This document shows, one piece after another, positions 24,280 through 35,275 of a stretch of DNA of 64,000 nt (the stretch's first letter is position 1; each line of letters starts with the position of its first letter). The notes under the pieces were generated by a model. That model searched no databases. It was not told where the DNA came from and saw only the letters and a list, made by a program, of their open reading frames with translations. Source of the DNA: an uncultured Gammaproteobacteria bacterium (GTDB lineage: Bacteria > Pseudomonadota > Gammaproteobacteria > GCA-001735895); the NCBI GenBank assembly GCA_964488685.1, contig CAZAVY010000002.1, forward strand, positions 9,716 through 73,715, read 5' to 3'. Made by a program: the position numbers and the translations under genes.

Positions 24280-25373
24280 TAGAGCGAGGCTTTCGGGTAC
24301 GACCCTAAAATTTTAAACAGTGCGGCCTGTTGTTTCAGCGCATTTAGCGCCAGCGTGACATTGGCATCATTTTGATGTCCATCGATATCGATAAAAAATA
24401 CGTATGCCCACTTGTGCCCCTGGGCGGGGCGGGATTCAATCTTGTTCATGCTGATATTGTGATCCGCGAGAGGCTGGAGCAACCCCAGCAAGGCGCCCGG
24501 TATGTTTTTAGTGGAAATCAGCAACGAAGTTTTGTCGTTGCCGCTGGGTCCAACATCCTGTGCACCAATAATCACGAAACGGGTAGTGTTGTCCGACAGG
24601 TCTTCAATGTTTTCGTAACAAATCTTTAAATTGAAACTCTCAACCGCCGGCAACCCACAAATCGCGGCGGCGTCACTTTCCACACTGGAAAGCCTCGCAG
24701 CCTCGGCATTGCTGCTCACCGGGATTCGCTCGACACCAGGGAAATTCTGATCGAGCCAACGGCGGCATTGCGCGAACGATTGTTGATGGGAATAAATATG
24801 TTTGATCTGCGATAGTTCCTGCGACGCTGACGCCAGGTGATGGTGAACTCGGATTTCAACTTCACCGCAAACCTTTAAACCGGAATCGATGAACATATCG
24901 AGGGTATGGCTGATGACACCCTCGGTTGAATTTTCGACCGGAACCAGACCGTAGTCGGAATGACCTGACTCAACCGAACTGAATACGTCGGGGATGCTGC
25001 TCATCGGTACTGTCGATACCGAATGGCCGAAATGTTTAAGCGCCGCACTCTGGGTGAAGGTGCCTTCGGGACCGAGGTAGGCAATTTTCAACGGCTGCTC
25101 CAGTGCCAGGCAGGCAGACATCACCTCGCGGATCAGACGACCAATTTCATCGTTACTCAGGGGCCCCTGGTTTAGTGACTTGAGTCGACTGATTACCTGT
25201 GCTTCACGATCGGGTCTGAAGAAATCGATGCCACTATCATGCGCTAAATTTGATTCGCGCTTGACCGTGGCGACATCTACCGCGCAGGCAGCGCGTTGAT
25301 TAATTAATTCAAGCAGGTTTTCATCGATATCGTCAATGCGTTTGCGAAGTGTCTCCAACGTATCTTCATTCAT
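24279..25373 (-). CDS. pheA: Bifunctional chorismate mutase / prephenate dehydratase (P-protein)
   Basis: N-terminal chorismate mutase region (LRKRIDDIDENLLELINQRA), a prephenate dehydratase region and a C-terminal ACT domain. Confidence 0.9.
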   Translation of the reverse strand: MNEDTLETLRKRIDDIDENLLELINQRAACAVDVATVKRESNLAHDSGIDFFRPDREAQVISRLKSLNQGPLSNDEIGRLIREVMSACLALEQPLKIAYLGPEGTFTQSAALKHFGHSVSTVPMSSIPDVFSSVESGHSDYGLVPVENSTEGVISHTLDMFIDSGLKVCGEVEIRVHHHLASASQELSQIKHIYSHQQSFAQCRRWLDQNFPGVERIPVSSNAEAARLSSVESDAAAICGLPAVESFNLKICYENIEDLSDNTTRFVIIGAQDVGPSGNDKTSLLISTKNIPGALLGLLQPLADHNISMNKIESRPAQGHKWAYVFFIDIDGHQNDANVTLALNALKQQAALFKILGSYPKASL

Positions 25374-25382
25374 GGATGCATC

Positions 25383-27938
25383 TTAGCCATCGCTACCTTT
25401 GGTATCATCAACACTCGCTGCAACCGATTCAATTTGAACCAGCTGTTCATCGTTGCCGAGACGAATCAGTGTCACTCCCTGAGTGTTGCGCCCCAATATC
25501 GAGATATCATTCACCGGGGTACGCACCAGGGTTCCGCTGTTACTAATGAGCATGACTTCTTCATCCCCGGCAATTTTTATTGCACCGACGACACGACCGT
25601 TGCGGGCTGAAGTCTGGATCGATATGACGCCCTGTCCGCCCCTGCCCTGCACAGAGAAATCATCAATTCGTGTGCGTTTTCCATATCCGTTTTCGGTCGC
25701 GAACAGGATCTGGCCGTGGTTGGATTCAACCGCGATCAGGGATATTACCTCGTCGGCGGTTTTAATTTTGATGCCGCGCACACCGGCCGCTGTGCGCCCC
25801 ATTGCACGCACGTCATTTTCATCGATACGAATACCTTTGCCAGCACTGGTAAACATCATCAGGTCAGATTTGCCATCGGTTAACTGGACGCCGATCAGGC
25901 TGTCTTCATCGCGTAAATCGAGCGCGATAATGCCATTCGCACGGGGTCGTGAAAAATACGATAGCGCGGTACGCTTGACCTTTCCGTTCGCCGTGGCGAA
26001 GAAGATAAAACGATCATCGGGATACTCCCTGACCGGCAGGATTGCGGTGATGCGTTCGTTCGCTTCCAGCGGCAGCAAATTAATCATTGGACGTCCGCGC
26101 GCAGTACGGCTACCGATCGGTAGTTGGAATACCTTTTGCCAGTAAACCTTGCCGCGAGTGGAGAAACACAGCAGCGTGTCGTGGGTTGATGCGGAAAACA
26201 TCTGTTCGACAAAATCTTCGTCCTTTACCCGGGTAGCGGCCTTGCCCCTGCCACCACGGCGCTGTGCCGAGTATGACTCCAGTGGTTGCGCCTTGGCATA
26301 TCCGAGATGCGAAATTGTGACAACCACGTCTTCTTCGGTGATCAGATCCTCGACCGTTAAATCAGAATGATCGATGATGATATCGGTGCGCCTGGGGTCG
26401 GAAAATTCATCTTTAATTTCTTCGAGTTCACGCCGGATTTCCTGCTTCAGGCGTTCATCACGATTTAAAACGTCCAGTAAATCCTCGATCTTTTCGAGAA
26501 TCTCTCGATATTCGGAAATGATCTTGTCCTGTTCCAGCCCGGTCAGTTTGTGTAGTCGCAAATCTAGAATTGCCTGCGCCTGCCTTTCGGTGAGGTGGTA
26601 TTGATCGCCCACCAGCCCGCTGCTTTCGTCAATTCCCTCCGGCTTAGACGACGCTGCACCCGCGCGCTGCAGCATTTCCATTACCACACCCGGAGACCAC
26701 GGTTTTTCGAGTAGCGCAAGCTTGGCGACTGCGGGGCTTGAGGATTGCTTGATCATCGCGATGATTTCATCGATGTTGGATAAAGCGACCGCCAGACCTT
26801 CGAGCAAATGAGCGCGATCGCGGGCTTTACGTAATTCAAATATGGTACGCCGGGTAACGACTTCGCGACGATGCAATATAAAAGCATCGAGGATTTGTTT
26901 TATATTGAGCAGGCGGGGTTGGCCATCGACAAGCGCGACCATGTTGATACCAAACACGTTTTGCATCTGCGTCTGCTTGTAAAGATTATTCAGTACCACA
27001 TCCGCAATTTCGCCGCGACGCAATTCTATCACCATGCGCATCCCATCCTTGTCCGATTCGTCACGCAGGCCGGTAATACCATCGAGACGTTTTTCCTTGA
27101 CCAGTTGCGCAATTTTTTCAAGCAGGCGCGCCTTGTTGACCTGGTAAGGTAATTCGGTGACGATAATGCTTTGCTTTCCAGACTTGTCTTCTTCGTAGTG
27201 TGTCTTTGCGCGCAGATAAATCTTGCCCTTGCCGCTGCGGTAGGCTTCCCGAATTCCCCGGGCGCCATTTATGTGACCCGCGGTCGGAAAGTCCGGCCCC
27301 GGAATACACTCCATCAGGCCTTCGATGTCGGATTCCGGTTCATCGATCAGGAGAATACAGGCGTTCACAACCTCGGCAAGATTGTGCGGCGGGATATTGG
27401 TGGCCATGCCAACCGCAATGCCCGAGGAACCGTTAATCAACAGGTTCGGCACCCGCGTCGGTAACACCACGGGTTCGTGTTCAGATTCATCGTAATTGGG
27501 TAGATAGTCGACGGTTTCCTTTTCCAGATCAGCCAGTAATTGGTGCGCGATTTTCGACATGCGCACTTCGGTGTAACGCATCGCAGCCGGCGAATCGCCA
27601 TCAACAGAACCGAAATTGCCCTGCCCGTCGACCAGCATGTGGCGCATTGCAAAGGGTTGCGCCATGCGGACGATGGTATCGTAAACCGCGGTATCACCGT
27701 GCGGATGGTATTTACCGATGACGTCACCGACTACTCTGGCAGATTTTTTGTAGGGTTTGTTGAAATCATTCCCGAGTACGCTCATCGCGTACAGAACTCG
27801 TCGATGCACCGGTTTGAGGCCATCGCGTACATCCGGCAATGCGCGTCCGACAATGACGCTCATCGCGTATTCGAGATAAGACTGACGCATCTCGTCTTCA
27901 AGATTGACAGGAAATATTTCCTTGGCAATTTTAGCCAT
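25383..27938 (-). CDS. gyrA: DNA gyrase subunit A
   Basis: N-terminal [29 protein letters not shown] with the active-site Tyr region. 851 aa. Confidence 0.95.
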   Translation of the reverse strand: MAKIAKEIFPVNLEDEMRQSYLEYAMSVIVGRALPDVRDGLKPVHRRVLYAMSVLGNDFNKPYKKSARVVGDVIGKYHPHGDTAVYDTIVRMAQPFAMRHMLVDGQGNFGSVDGDSPAAMRYTEVRMSKIAHQLLADLEKETVDYLPNYDESEHEPVVLPTRVPNLLINGSSGIAVGMATNIPPHNLAEVVNACILLIDEPESDIEGLMECIPGPDFPTAGHINGARGIREAYRSGKGKIYLRAKTHYEEDKSGKQSIIVTELPYQVNKARLLEKIAQLVKEKRLDGITGLRDESDKDGMRMVIELRRGEIADVVLNNLYKQTQMQNVFGINMVALVDGQPRLLNIKQILDAFILHRREVVTRRTIFELRKARDRAHLLEGLAVALSNIDEIIAMIKQSSSPAVAKLALLEKPWSPGVVMEMLQRAGAASSKPEGIDESSGLVGDQYHLTERQAQAILDLRLHKLTGLEQDKIISEYREILEKIEDLLDVLNRDERLKQEIRRELEEIKDEFSDPRRTDIIIDHSDLTVEDLITEEDVVVTISHLGYAKAQPLESYSAQRRGGRGKAATRVKDEDFVEQMFSASTHDTLLCFSTRGKVYWQKVFQLPIGSRTARGRPMINLLPLEANERITAILPVREYPDDRFIFFATANGKVKRTALSYFSRPRANGIIALDLRDEDSLIGVQLTDGKSDLMMFTSAGKGIRIDENDVRAMGRTAAGVRGIKIKTADEVISLIAVESNHGQILFATENGYGKRTRIDDFSVQGRGGQGVISIQTSARNGRVVGAIKIAGDEEVMLISNSGTLVRTPVNDISILGRNTQGVTLIRLGNDEQLVQIESVAASVDDTKGSDG

Positions 27939-28141
27939 AAAACTCGGAACTCAACGGTAAGAAATGTAGCAGGAACGATTCATTTTGATTGTGCGGGATT
28001 TTATCACATTCCCAAGGGTTAACACTACTGATAAGATCGGCCCACAGGCGTTAAAATAAGCAGATTTGAGGGTTTTACCCGTGCACACAAAATATACAGC
28101 GCAGGACAATCTTCAGATTGCGCATGAATCGTTTGCAGCGG

Positions 28142-28308
28142 TAGGAGTCTGTCGGACTTAGGATAAATCTACTGCGGAAAAGGCATTTTGGCCAGATATT
28201 CCTATCCAATTCGTTGAATATGAGTGACTATTCGCCTCATTCGATAGAAAAATCTGACTCAAAATGCCTTTCCCTCGCTACGACACCCTAAGTCCGACAG
28301 ACTCCTAG
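28142..28308 (+). mobile_element. MITE-like 167-bp element, copy 1: 21-bp terminal inverted repeats (TAGGAGTCTGTCGGACTTAGG) plus internal inverted repeats, no ORF
   Basis: About 97% identical to the reverse complement of 55166..55333. Both copies are intergenic and flanked by TA on both sides. Confidence 0.7.
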
Positions 28309-28330
28309 TCAAATCTTGTAAGGTTCAGCT

Positions 28331-29650
28331 ATGTCACATCGATTTCAAATTCTCCAGCCGGACTGGATCGTCACGGTCAATTCGGATTTCGAAGTGTTGC
28401 AGGAGGTCTCGGTCGTTATCGAAGACAATCTGATTCAAAGCCTGACCAGCAATGATGAAATTGCCGAACTTGCGTGTTTTACGCAAGCCGAAATCATCAA
28501 ATTACCCAACTGTGCCTTGTTGCCCGGACTGGTGAACAGCCACACCCACACCTCGATGAGCCTGTTCCGTGGCATCGCCGACGATTTGCCTTTAATGGAA
28601 TGGCTGACTGAACATATCTGGCCCGCAGAAACAAAATGGGTTAGCCCGGGATTTGCCGTTGACGGATTCAAACTGGCAGTGGCCGAGATGATTCGTTCAG
28701 GCACCACCTGCCTCAATGACATGTATTATTTTCCCGACGAAATCGCGCGTTGTTCCCAGCGCATCGGCATGCGGAGTGTCATTGGCCTGATCGTACTCGA
28801 CTTCCCCAGCGTCTGGGCACAGAATGCCGAAGAATATCTGCACAGGGCGCTGGCGGTGCACGATGAAATTCGGGAATTTCCGCTCGTCAACAGTGCACTG
28901 GCACCCCATGCCCCGTATACGGTTTCGGATGAACCGCTACGGCAGATAGCGATGTACAGTAATGAACTCGATGTGCCGGTGCACATGCATGTTCATGAAA
29001 CCGCGGCAGAAGTCACCGAAGCACAACAGAAGACCGGCAAGCGACCATTGGAGCGCCTCGACCAGCTCAACCTGCTGAATTCGAACCTGATCGCGGTGCA
29101 TATGACCGAACTCGACGATTTCGAAATAGAGCGAGTGGTTGAAGCCGGTGTTAACATTGTACACTGCCCCGAATCAAACCTGAAAATGGGCAGTGGAATT
29201 TGTCCGGTTGCCAACTTGCTCGAACAGGGTGTCAACTTGTGCCTGGGAACCGATGGTGCGGCCAGCAACAATGATCTCGATCTGCTCGGGGAAATGCGCA
29301 CCGCTTCATTATTGGCTAAAGGCTTCAGTGGCGATGCTCGCGCCTGTAACGCACGCCAGACCATCGAAATGGCGACTATCAACGGGGCCAGGGCACTCGG
29401 ATTAGCGCATCGGATCGGCAGTATTGAAACCGGTAAGTGCGCGGATTTGATTACCATAGATCTGGCCAGTTTGAACACCCAGCCAGTTTACGACCCGGTG
29501 GCTCAGATCGTGTATGCCGCGTCCAGTCGACAGGTATCGCATGTCTGGATTGACGGTGTTCCACAACTCAGTAATTTCGAGCTTTGCAACCTGGACCACA
29601 AAGAAATCATCGCCAAGGCTGCTTCCTGGGCACAAAAAATCAAGGCTTGA
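28331..29650 (+). CDS. mtaD: Amidohydrolase, MtaD-like 5-methylthioadenosine/S-adenosylhomocysteine deaminase (TRZ/ATZ family)
   Basis: LPGLVNSHTHTSMSLFRG metal-binding motif. Upstream of ubiG, as in Pseudomonas. Confidence 0.8.
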   Translation: MSHRFQILQPDWIVTVNSDFEVLQEVSVVIEDNLIQSLTSNDEIAELACFTQAEIIKLPNCALLPGLVNSHTHTSMSLFRGIADDLPLMEWLTEHIWPAETKWVSPGFAVDGFKLAVAEMIRSGTTCLNDMYYFPDEIARCSQRIGMRSVIGLIVLDFPSVWAQNAEEYLHRALAVHDEIREFPLVNSALAPHAPYTVSDEPLRQIAMYSNELDVPVHMHVHETAAEVTEAQQKTGKRPLERLDQLNLLNSNLIAVHMTELDDFEIERVVEAGVNIVHCPESNLKMGSGICPVANLLEQGVNLCLGTDGAASNNDLDLLGEMRTASLLAKGFSGDARACNARQTIEMATINGARALGLAHRIGSIETGKCADLITIDLASLNTQPVYDPVAQIVYAASSRQVSHVWIDGVPQLSNFELCNLDHKEIIAKAASWAQKIKA

Positions 29651-29652
29651 GA

Positions 29653-30363
29653 ATGTCATTAGAGACGAATATAGACCCGCTCGAAATCGAAAAGTTTGAA
29701 TCGATCGCAAGTCGTTGGTGGGATCGCGAGAGTGAATTCAAACCCCTGCACGATATCAATCCACTGCGGATTTCCTATATCGAGCGAATGGTTCAGTCAG
29801 TGGACGGCAAGCGCATCCTCGATGTCGGTTGTGGTGGCGGTATCCTGGCGGAAGCACTGGCACTGAAAGGCGCAAGGGTGACTGGTATCGACATGTCCGG
29901 GTTGTCGCTTAAAGTTGCGCGCATGCATCTTCACGAATCAAAGCTCGATATCGAGTATCAACACTCGACGGTCGAAGCATTTGCAGATAGGAACGAGGCA
30001 CGGTTTGATATCGTCACCTGCCTCGAGATGCTCGAACACGTTCCCGATCCTGGGTCTATTATCACCGCAACAGCAGGTTTGCTCAAACCTGGAGGCACCC
30101 TGTTTCTATCAACCATCAACCGTAATCCCAAGGCATTTGCACTGGCCATACTGGGAGCCGAGTACCTCCTCGGGTTGCTGCCGCGTGGTACCCACGACTA
30201 CAGGAAATTTATTAAACCTTCCGAAATTGCAGCGCAATTACGTCGCCTTGACCTGCGGGCAACCGACATCACCGGTATGCACTATAACCCGATTACGCGG
30301 CAATACTCGTTAAGTCGAGATATCGACGTCAACTACCTGATGACCGCTCGCCTCAATGATTGA
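29653..30363 (+). CDS. ubiG: 3-demethylubiquinone-9 3-O-methyltransferase UbiG
   Basis: ILDVGCGGGILAE SAM motif. The start is taken at MSLETN (ATG 29653). The track ORF from 29584 overlaps mtaD. Confidence 0.9.
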   Translation: MSLETNIDPLEIEKFESIASRWWDRESEFKPLHDINPLRISYIERMVQSVDGKRILDVGCGGGILAEALALKGARVTGIDMSGLSLKVARMHLHESKLDIEYQHSTVEAFADRNEARFDIVTCLEMLEHVPDPGSIITATAGLLKPGGTLFLSTINRNPKAFALAILGAEYLLGLLPRGTHDYRKFIKPSEIAAQLRRLDLRATDITGMHYNPITRQYSLSRDIDVNYLMTARLND

Positions 30364-31018
30364 CGGTATTCTGTTCGATCTCGATGGAACCCTGATTGAC
30401 ACCGCCCCTGACATGGGTGCCGCCCTGAACAGGTTGATGATCGAAGAAGGGCTCGAGCCCCTCCCGCTCGAATCGATTCGTCCCTTTGTATCGAAAGGTG
30501 GCCTGGTGCTGACCCGAATGGGTTTCGCCGACAAGGTTGCTGCGGGGGGAATCGAACCGCTGAGGCAACGATTCCTGCAGCTCTACCGTGACAACATCGC
30601 TGATGAATCGAGATTATTCGAGGGTTGTGAAGCTATCCTGAGCGAGCTTGAAACGCGTTCGATCCCGTGGGGAATCGTTACCAACAAACCCGAATGGCTG
30701 ACCGATCCACTACTCGAGCGGCTTGGCCTGTCGCAGCGCAGCGGGGTCGTAATCGGTGGTGATACCCTAGAACATCGCAAACCTCACCCACTGCCCCTGC
30801 AGGTTGCAGCTGAGCGCCTCGGCGTCAGCTGCAGGAACTGTATTTACATCGGCGACGATGAGCGCGATATCGTGGCTGGTAAGGCCGCCAATATGAAAAC
30901 TCTGGTGGCGGCCTATGGTTATATCGAGGATGTTGACTGCATCGCTAACTGGGGTGCTGACGGTGTCATCGATCAACCCGTTGACCTGTTGCGACACCCG
31001 TTGGTAACGCTACGATGA
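30356..31018 (+). CDS. HAD-IA family phosphatase (phosphoglycolate phosphatase / MupP-like)
   Basis: ILFDLDGTLIDT motif I. Sits between ubiG and a YciK-like SDR gene, as the Pseudomonas mupP locus does. Confidence 0.75.
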   Translation: MIDGILFDLDGTLIDTAPDMGAALNRLMIEEGLEPLPLESIRPFVSKGGLVLTRMGFADKVAAGGIEPLRQRFLQLYRDNIADESRLFEGCEAILSELETRSIPWGIVTNKPEWLTDPLLERLGLSQRSGVVIGGDTLEHRKPHPLPLQVAAERLGVSCRNCIYIGDDERDIVAGKAANMKTLVAAYGYIEDVDCIANWGADGVIDQPVDLLRHPLVTLR

Positions 31019-31791
31019 AAACCATACCAGCAAGCTTTTCTGCCACGCAAGACTTGCTTGAAAATAAGGTTATCCTGGTTACCGGTGCAACCGGAGGATT
31101 CGGTAAAGTCGTTGCCACCGGCCTGGCTCGACACGGCGCCACGGTAATATTGTTGGCCAGGAATCTGCGCCTGGTTGAATCGCTTTATGACGATATCGAA
31201 CAGGCGGGATATCCGACTGCGGCAATATACCCGATCAATTTCGAAGGCGCCGTGGAAGCTGATTACGAAGCCTTGGCAGACAATATCGAGACCCGGCTAG
31301 GACGACTCGACGGCATGGTTCATTGTGCCGCAATCCTTGGCGCACCGACGGTTTTTGCGCAAAGCGATGTAGCGACCTGGTATCAGGTCCACCAGGTAAA
31401 TCTGCACGCTCCCTACTTGCTGACCCGAGCCTGCCTGCCACTTCTGGGTCGCGCCAGGCGGGCATCGATACTTTTCATGATCGATGACAAGCCCGGAACC
31501 TACTGGGATGCATACCAGGTCAGCAAACAGGGATTAGGCGCCATGGCCGGTTTACTGGCGCGAGAATACGAAGGTAGCAATCTCCACGTCAATTGTTTCA
31601 ACCCCGGTAACACCCTTACCGGGTTGCGCATAAGCGCCTATCCCGCGGCTGATGATAACGACCAACTACCAACTCCCGAAGATCACATCGATAACTTCCT
31701 CTACCTGATGAGCAATGATCTGGTTGAAAACGGCGAGATTTTCACGCCAAATCCGGGCGTGGTAGCAAAGGAGTTGTCATCAAGCGGTTAA
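31015..31791 (+). CDS. SDR-family oxidoreductase, YciK-like
   Basis: VTGATGGFGKVVA Rossmann motif. 258 aa. Confidence 0.8.
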   Translation: MKTIPASFSATQDLLENKVILVTGATGGFGKVVATGLARHGATVILLARNLRLVESLYDDIEQAGYPTAAIYPINFEGAVEADYEALADNIETRLGRLDGMVHCAAILGAPTVFAQSDVATWYQVHQVNLHAPYLLTRACLPLLGRARRASILFMIDDKPGTYWDAYQVSKQGLGAMAGLLAREYEGSNLHVNCFNPGNTLTGLRISAYPAADDNDQLPTPEDHIDNFLYLMSNDLVENGEIFTPNPGVVAKELSSSG

Positions 31792-34700
31792 TTAGGACTG
31801 GTATTCGAAGTAAAACTCTGAATTATCGAGGCAGCGCAGCAAAGCGAGCAAACATTGTTCATCCGGTTTTAACGACCAGTCACCATTGGTGCGCAACTGG
31901 TACTCGTAATCCTCGTGGCGCAGGTGGAAAACAACCGGCATTGCGTCCTCGGATTTGTAGGCGCGGAGCACATCGATAATCGAGTTAATTTCGCGCTCGC
32001 CATACCCATTTAAACGAATGTGCAAGGCACTCGCATGTTCTGCACGATAGTCGTCGAGTAGTTGTATGCCGGCGGCACGCAGTTTGATCCCGTTATTGAA
32101 AGCGTCATAGGCGATACCACCATCAACGACCCATACCAGGTCCTTATGCAGGATACTTTCGATCTTCGCGAGCAGGTCCGGAACCACGCGCACATCAACC
32201 CGGCCACTGCGGTCGTCGAGCGTGACAAAAGCTTCGCGTCCTTTGAAACCGTTGCGCATTCGGATATCGACGACCAGCCCGCATACTCTCGTCTGCTGCT
32301 CTTTCTGTCTAAATCTTTCACCATTTCCACCCTGTTCGAGTCGCTGCAGCCATTGCCCCAGCTGCATTGGTGCAAACTGTCTTATCTCGGTTTCGACCAT
32401 GGCCAGCGGGTGTCCGGTGAGAAATAGCCCCAGCGCCTCTTTTTCCAGCTTGAGTCGCTGTTTTTCATCCCAGAAATCACACTCGGGTAACGGCCGATCA
32501 GCTTCACTCAGCGGTGAAATATTATCAAACATATCGTCGATCCCGGCATTGAGGTTGTTTTGCAGTTGCTCGGCGGCCTGTAAGGCATCGGGCAGATGCG
32601 ACATAAGTGCCGCCCGGTTATCGCTGAAACAATCCATGGCACCGCCTTTGATCAGGGCCTCGATCATCTTGCGCCCGGATTTCGTCGCATCGACTCGTTT
32701 GCAGAAGTCATCCAGCGACAGGTACTCCCGTTCGGAGCGAATTTCGACAATGCTTTCGATTGCCGCCTGGCCCACCCCCTTGATCGCACCCAGACCATAG
32801 TAGATCCGCCCATCCTGCCCCGCTTTGAACGGGTAACCGGATAGATTGATATCGGGTGAACGAATATCGAGCCGCATATCGCGACAGTCGTCGATCAAGG
32901 TGACGATCTTGTCGGTATTATCCATGTCGGCTGACAGCACGGCGGCCATAAACTGTGCCGGATAGTGTGTTTTCAGCCATGCGGTCTGGTACGATATCAG
33001 CGCGTAACCCGCAGAGTGGGACTTGTTGAAACCGTAACCGGCAAACTTTTCCATCAGATCGAAAATATAGGTTGCGGTTGACAATTCAACCTGATTGGCG
33101 ACCGCGCCATCGGTGAAAACAGCTCGTTGCTGTTGCATTTCCTCTGCTTTTTTCTTGCCCATGGCGCGGCGTAACATATCGGCCCCGCCAAGCGTATAAC
33201 CGGCCAGCACCTGAGCGATTTGCATGACCTGCTCCTGGTACAGAATGACGCCATAAGTTGGTTGCAATATGGTTTCCAGCGCCGGGTGAGGATACTCAAC
33301 CCGGGATCGCCCGTGCTTGCGATCGATAAAATCGTCGACCATACCCGATTGCAGGGGTCCCGGGCGGAACAATGCCACCAGCGCGATGATATCTTCGAAG
33401 CCGTCAGGCTGCAGCCGACGGATCAAGTCTTTCATACCACGCGACTCGAGCTGAAACACTGCGGTAGTCTGGTAGGCCTGCAATAATTTGAAAGTGTCTG
33501 CATCGTCAAGCGGGATGCGTTCGATTTCGAGCTTGTCAGCGATGTTTTGCGCATTGATCGCGCGCACCGCCCAGTCGATAATCGTCAGCGTACGCAGACC
33601 GAGAAAGTCGAACTTTACCAGGCCAACCGCCTCGACATCGTCCTTGTCATACTGCGATACCCGACCGGAACCACCCTGTTCACAGTAGAGCGGGGTAAAG
33701 TCTGTCAGGTTGCTCGGTGAAATCACGACGCCACCGGCATGCCTGCCCACGTTACGGGTCAGGCCTTCGAGGGAACGCGCCATATCGATCAACATCGTCA
33801 CATCTTCATCATCCCGGTACAGCTCGAGCAATGCCTGTTCCTGTTGCAGAGCCTTGTCGAGCGTAATGCCGACCTCGAACGGCACCAGTTTGGCAATGCG
33901 ATCGACGAATCCATAGGGATGGGACATTACCCTGCCGACATCGCGGATTACCGCTTTAGCCGCCATTCTGCCATAGGTGATGATCTGGGATACCTGGTCA
34001 CGTCCGTAATGTCCGGCGACGTATTCGATGACTTCATCGCGCCGATCCATGCAGAAATCGATATCGAAGTCAGGCATCGAAACTCGCTCCGGATTAAGAA
34101 ACCGTTCGAACAGCAAATCATAGGCGAGCGGATCAAGATCGGTTATGTTAAGCGCGTAGGCAACCAGGGAACCCGCGCCGGAGCCACGTCCCGGGCCGAC
34201 CGGAATTTCATGTTTCTTGGCCCATTCGATAAAGTCCATGACGATCAGGAAATAGCCGGGATACCCCATTTCGATAATGACGCCGAGTTCGCTTTTGAGA
34301 CGTATATAATAGGGTTCGCGCTCTAACCGATCGCCATCCGGCAGTTGTTGTTGCAACAACTCGAGTCGCCGCTCGAGTCCTTGTTCGGAGACATGGCGGA
34401 AAAAACTATCCGTGGTGTGTTGCTGCGGAATCGGGTATTCGGGTAAATAGGTATTGCCCAGCTCGAGACGTAAATTGCAGGCGTTCGCAATTGCCACGGT
34501 ATTTCCAATCGCCTGTGGGATATCGGCAAAGAGTTCGACCATTTCATCGGCCGAACGGAGGTACTGCTGCGGTGAATACAGTTTTGGCCTGCGCTCGTCC
34601 TCAAGTGTAAAACCGGTACAGATGCAAACCCTGACTTCGTGGGCGTCGAAATCCCCGGCATCGATAAAGCGGACATCGTTGGTCGCCACCACCGGCACCT

Positions 34701-35274
34701 GCAATGAACCCGACCATGCGACGGCGTGATTTATATAGGTTTCTTCATGCGCGCGAGCGGTGCGTTGCAATTCCAGGAAATAGCGGTCGTCGAAGATGTC
34801 CAGCCACTCCCGAAGGCATGTTTCCGCGAGCTCGGCATTCAGGCTTCTTAAGGCCAGCCCTATATCGCCCTCCAGGCATGCAGACAATGCGATCAAGCCG
34901 TCATTTGCGGTACGCAACCAGTCTATCTCGATGGTCGCGCGATCGGCCGTTTGCCCCTCCAGGTAGGCACGGGAAATCAGCCGCTTCAGGTTCAGATAAC
35001 CCTGTTGGTTCTGGCACAACAGCACCAGACGACTCAAGGCGTCGGTACGCCCCGGGTGATGGACCCAGACATCGGCGCCGAATATGGGTTTCACGCCCAT
35101 CGAAATAGCAGCTTTATAGTGTTTGACCACGGCGAACATATTGTTCGAATCGGTTAAAGCAACCGCTCCCATACCACGCTCGCGTACCTGTTCCACCAAA
35201 GGCTTCAAGCGGATGGTACTGTCCAGCAGTGAATATTCGCTATGAAGGTGCAGGTGGACGAAACGATTGCTCAT
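31792..35274 (-). CDS. dnaE: DNA polymerase III alpha subunit
   Basis: PHP-domain start FVHLHLHSEYSLLD and polymerase motifs over about 1160 aa. The start is taken at MSNRF. The track ORF extends upstream into rnhB. Confidence 0.95.
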   Translation of the reverse strand: MSNRFVHLHLHSEYSLLDSTIRLKPLVEQVRERGMGAVALTDSNNMFAVVKHYKAAISMGVKPIFGADVWVHHPGRTDALSRLVLLCQNQQGYLNLKRLISRAYLEGQTADRATIEIDWLRTANDGLIALSACLEGDIGLALRSLNAELAETCLREWLDIFDDRYFLELQRTARAHEETYINHAVAWSGSLQVPVVATNDVRFIDAGDFDAHEVRVCICTGFTLEDERRPKLYSPQQYLRSADEMVELFADIPQAIGNTVAIANACNLRLELGNTYLPEYPIPQQHTTDSFFRHVSEQGLERRLELLQQQLPDGDRLEREPYYIRLKSELGVIIEMGYPGYFLIVMDFIEWAKKHEIPVGPGRGSGAGSLVAYALNITDLDPLAYDLLFERFLNPERVSMPDFDIDFCMDRRDEVIEYVAGHYGRDQVSQIITYGRMAAKAVIRDVGRVMSHPYGFVDRIAKLVPFEVGITLDKALQQEQALLELYRDDEDVTMLIDMARSLEGLTRNVGRHAGGVVISPSNLTDFTPLYCEQGGSGRVSQYDKDDVEAVGLVKFDFLGLRTLTIIDWAVRAINAQNIADKLEIERIPLDDADTFKLLQAYQTTAVFQLESRGMKDLIRRLQPDGFEDIIALVALFRPGPLQSGMVDDFIDRKHGRSRVEYPHPALETILQPTYGVILYQEQVMQIAQVLAGYTLGGADMLRRAMGKKKAEEMQQQRAVFTDGAVANQVELSTATYIFDLMEKFAGYGFNKSHSAGYALISYQTAWLKTHYPAQFMAAVLSADMDNTDKIVTLIDDCRDMRLDIRSPDINLSGYPFKAGQDGRIYYGLGAIKGVGQAAIESIVEIRSEREYLSLDDFCKRVDATKSGRKMIEALIKGGAMDCFSDNRAALMSHLPDALQAAEQLQNNLNAGIDDMFDNISPLSEADRPLPECDFWDEKQRLKLEKEALGLFLTGHPLAMVETEIRQFAPMQLGQWLQRLEQGGNGERFRQKEQQTRVCGLVVDIRMRNGFKGREAFVTLDDRSGRVDVRVVPDLLAKIESILHKDLVWVVDGGIAYDAFNNGIKLRAAGIQLLDDYRAEHASALHIRLNGYGEREINSIIDVLRAYKSEDAMPVVFHLRHEDYEYQLRTNGDWSLKPDEQCLLALLRCLDNSEFYFEYQS

Positions 35275-35275
35275 T

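Noticed and set aside
25483-26145. 220-aa ORF antisense within gyrA. Similar antisense ORFs occur inside dnaE (32222..32800, 33739..34326), acs (59064..59540), the SelO gene (56364..57026), the yccA-like gene (5394..5780) and fur (576..815).
   Set aside because: All lie wholly inside strongly supported genes on the opposite strand. Their translations are low-complexity Ser/Arg/Pro-rich with no domain signatures.
29584-29652. Track start of ubiG at 29584, overlapping the mtaD 3' end.
   Set aside because: The UbiG family N-terminus aligns from MSLETN at 29653. The upstream part is out-of-family sequence inside mtaD.
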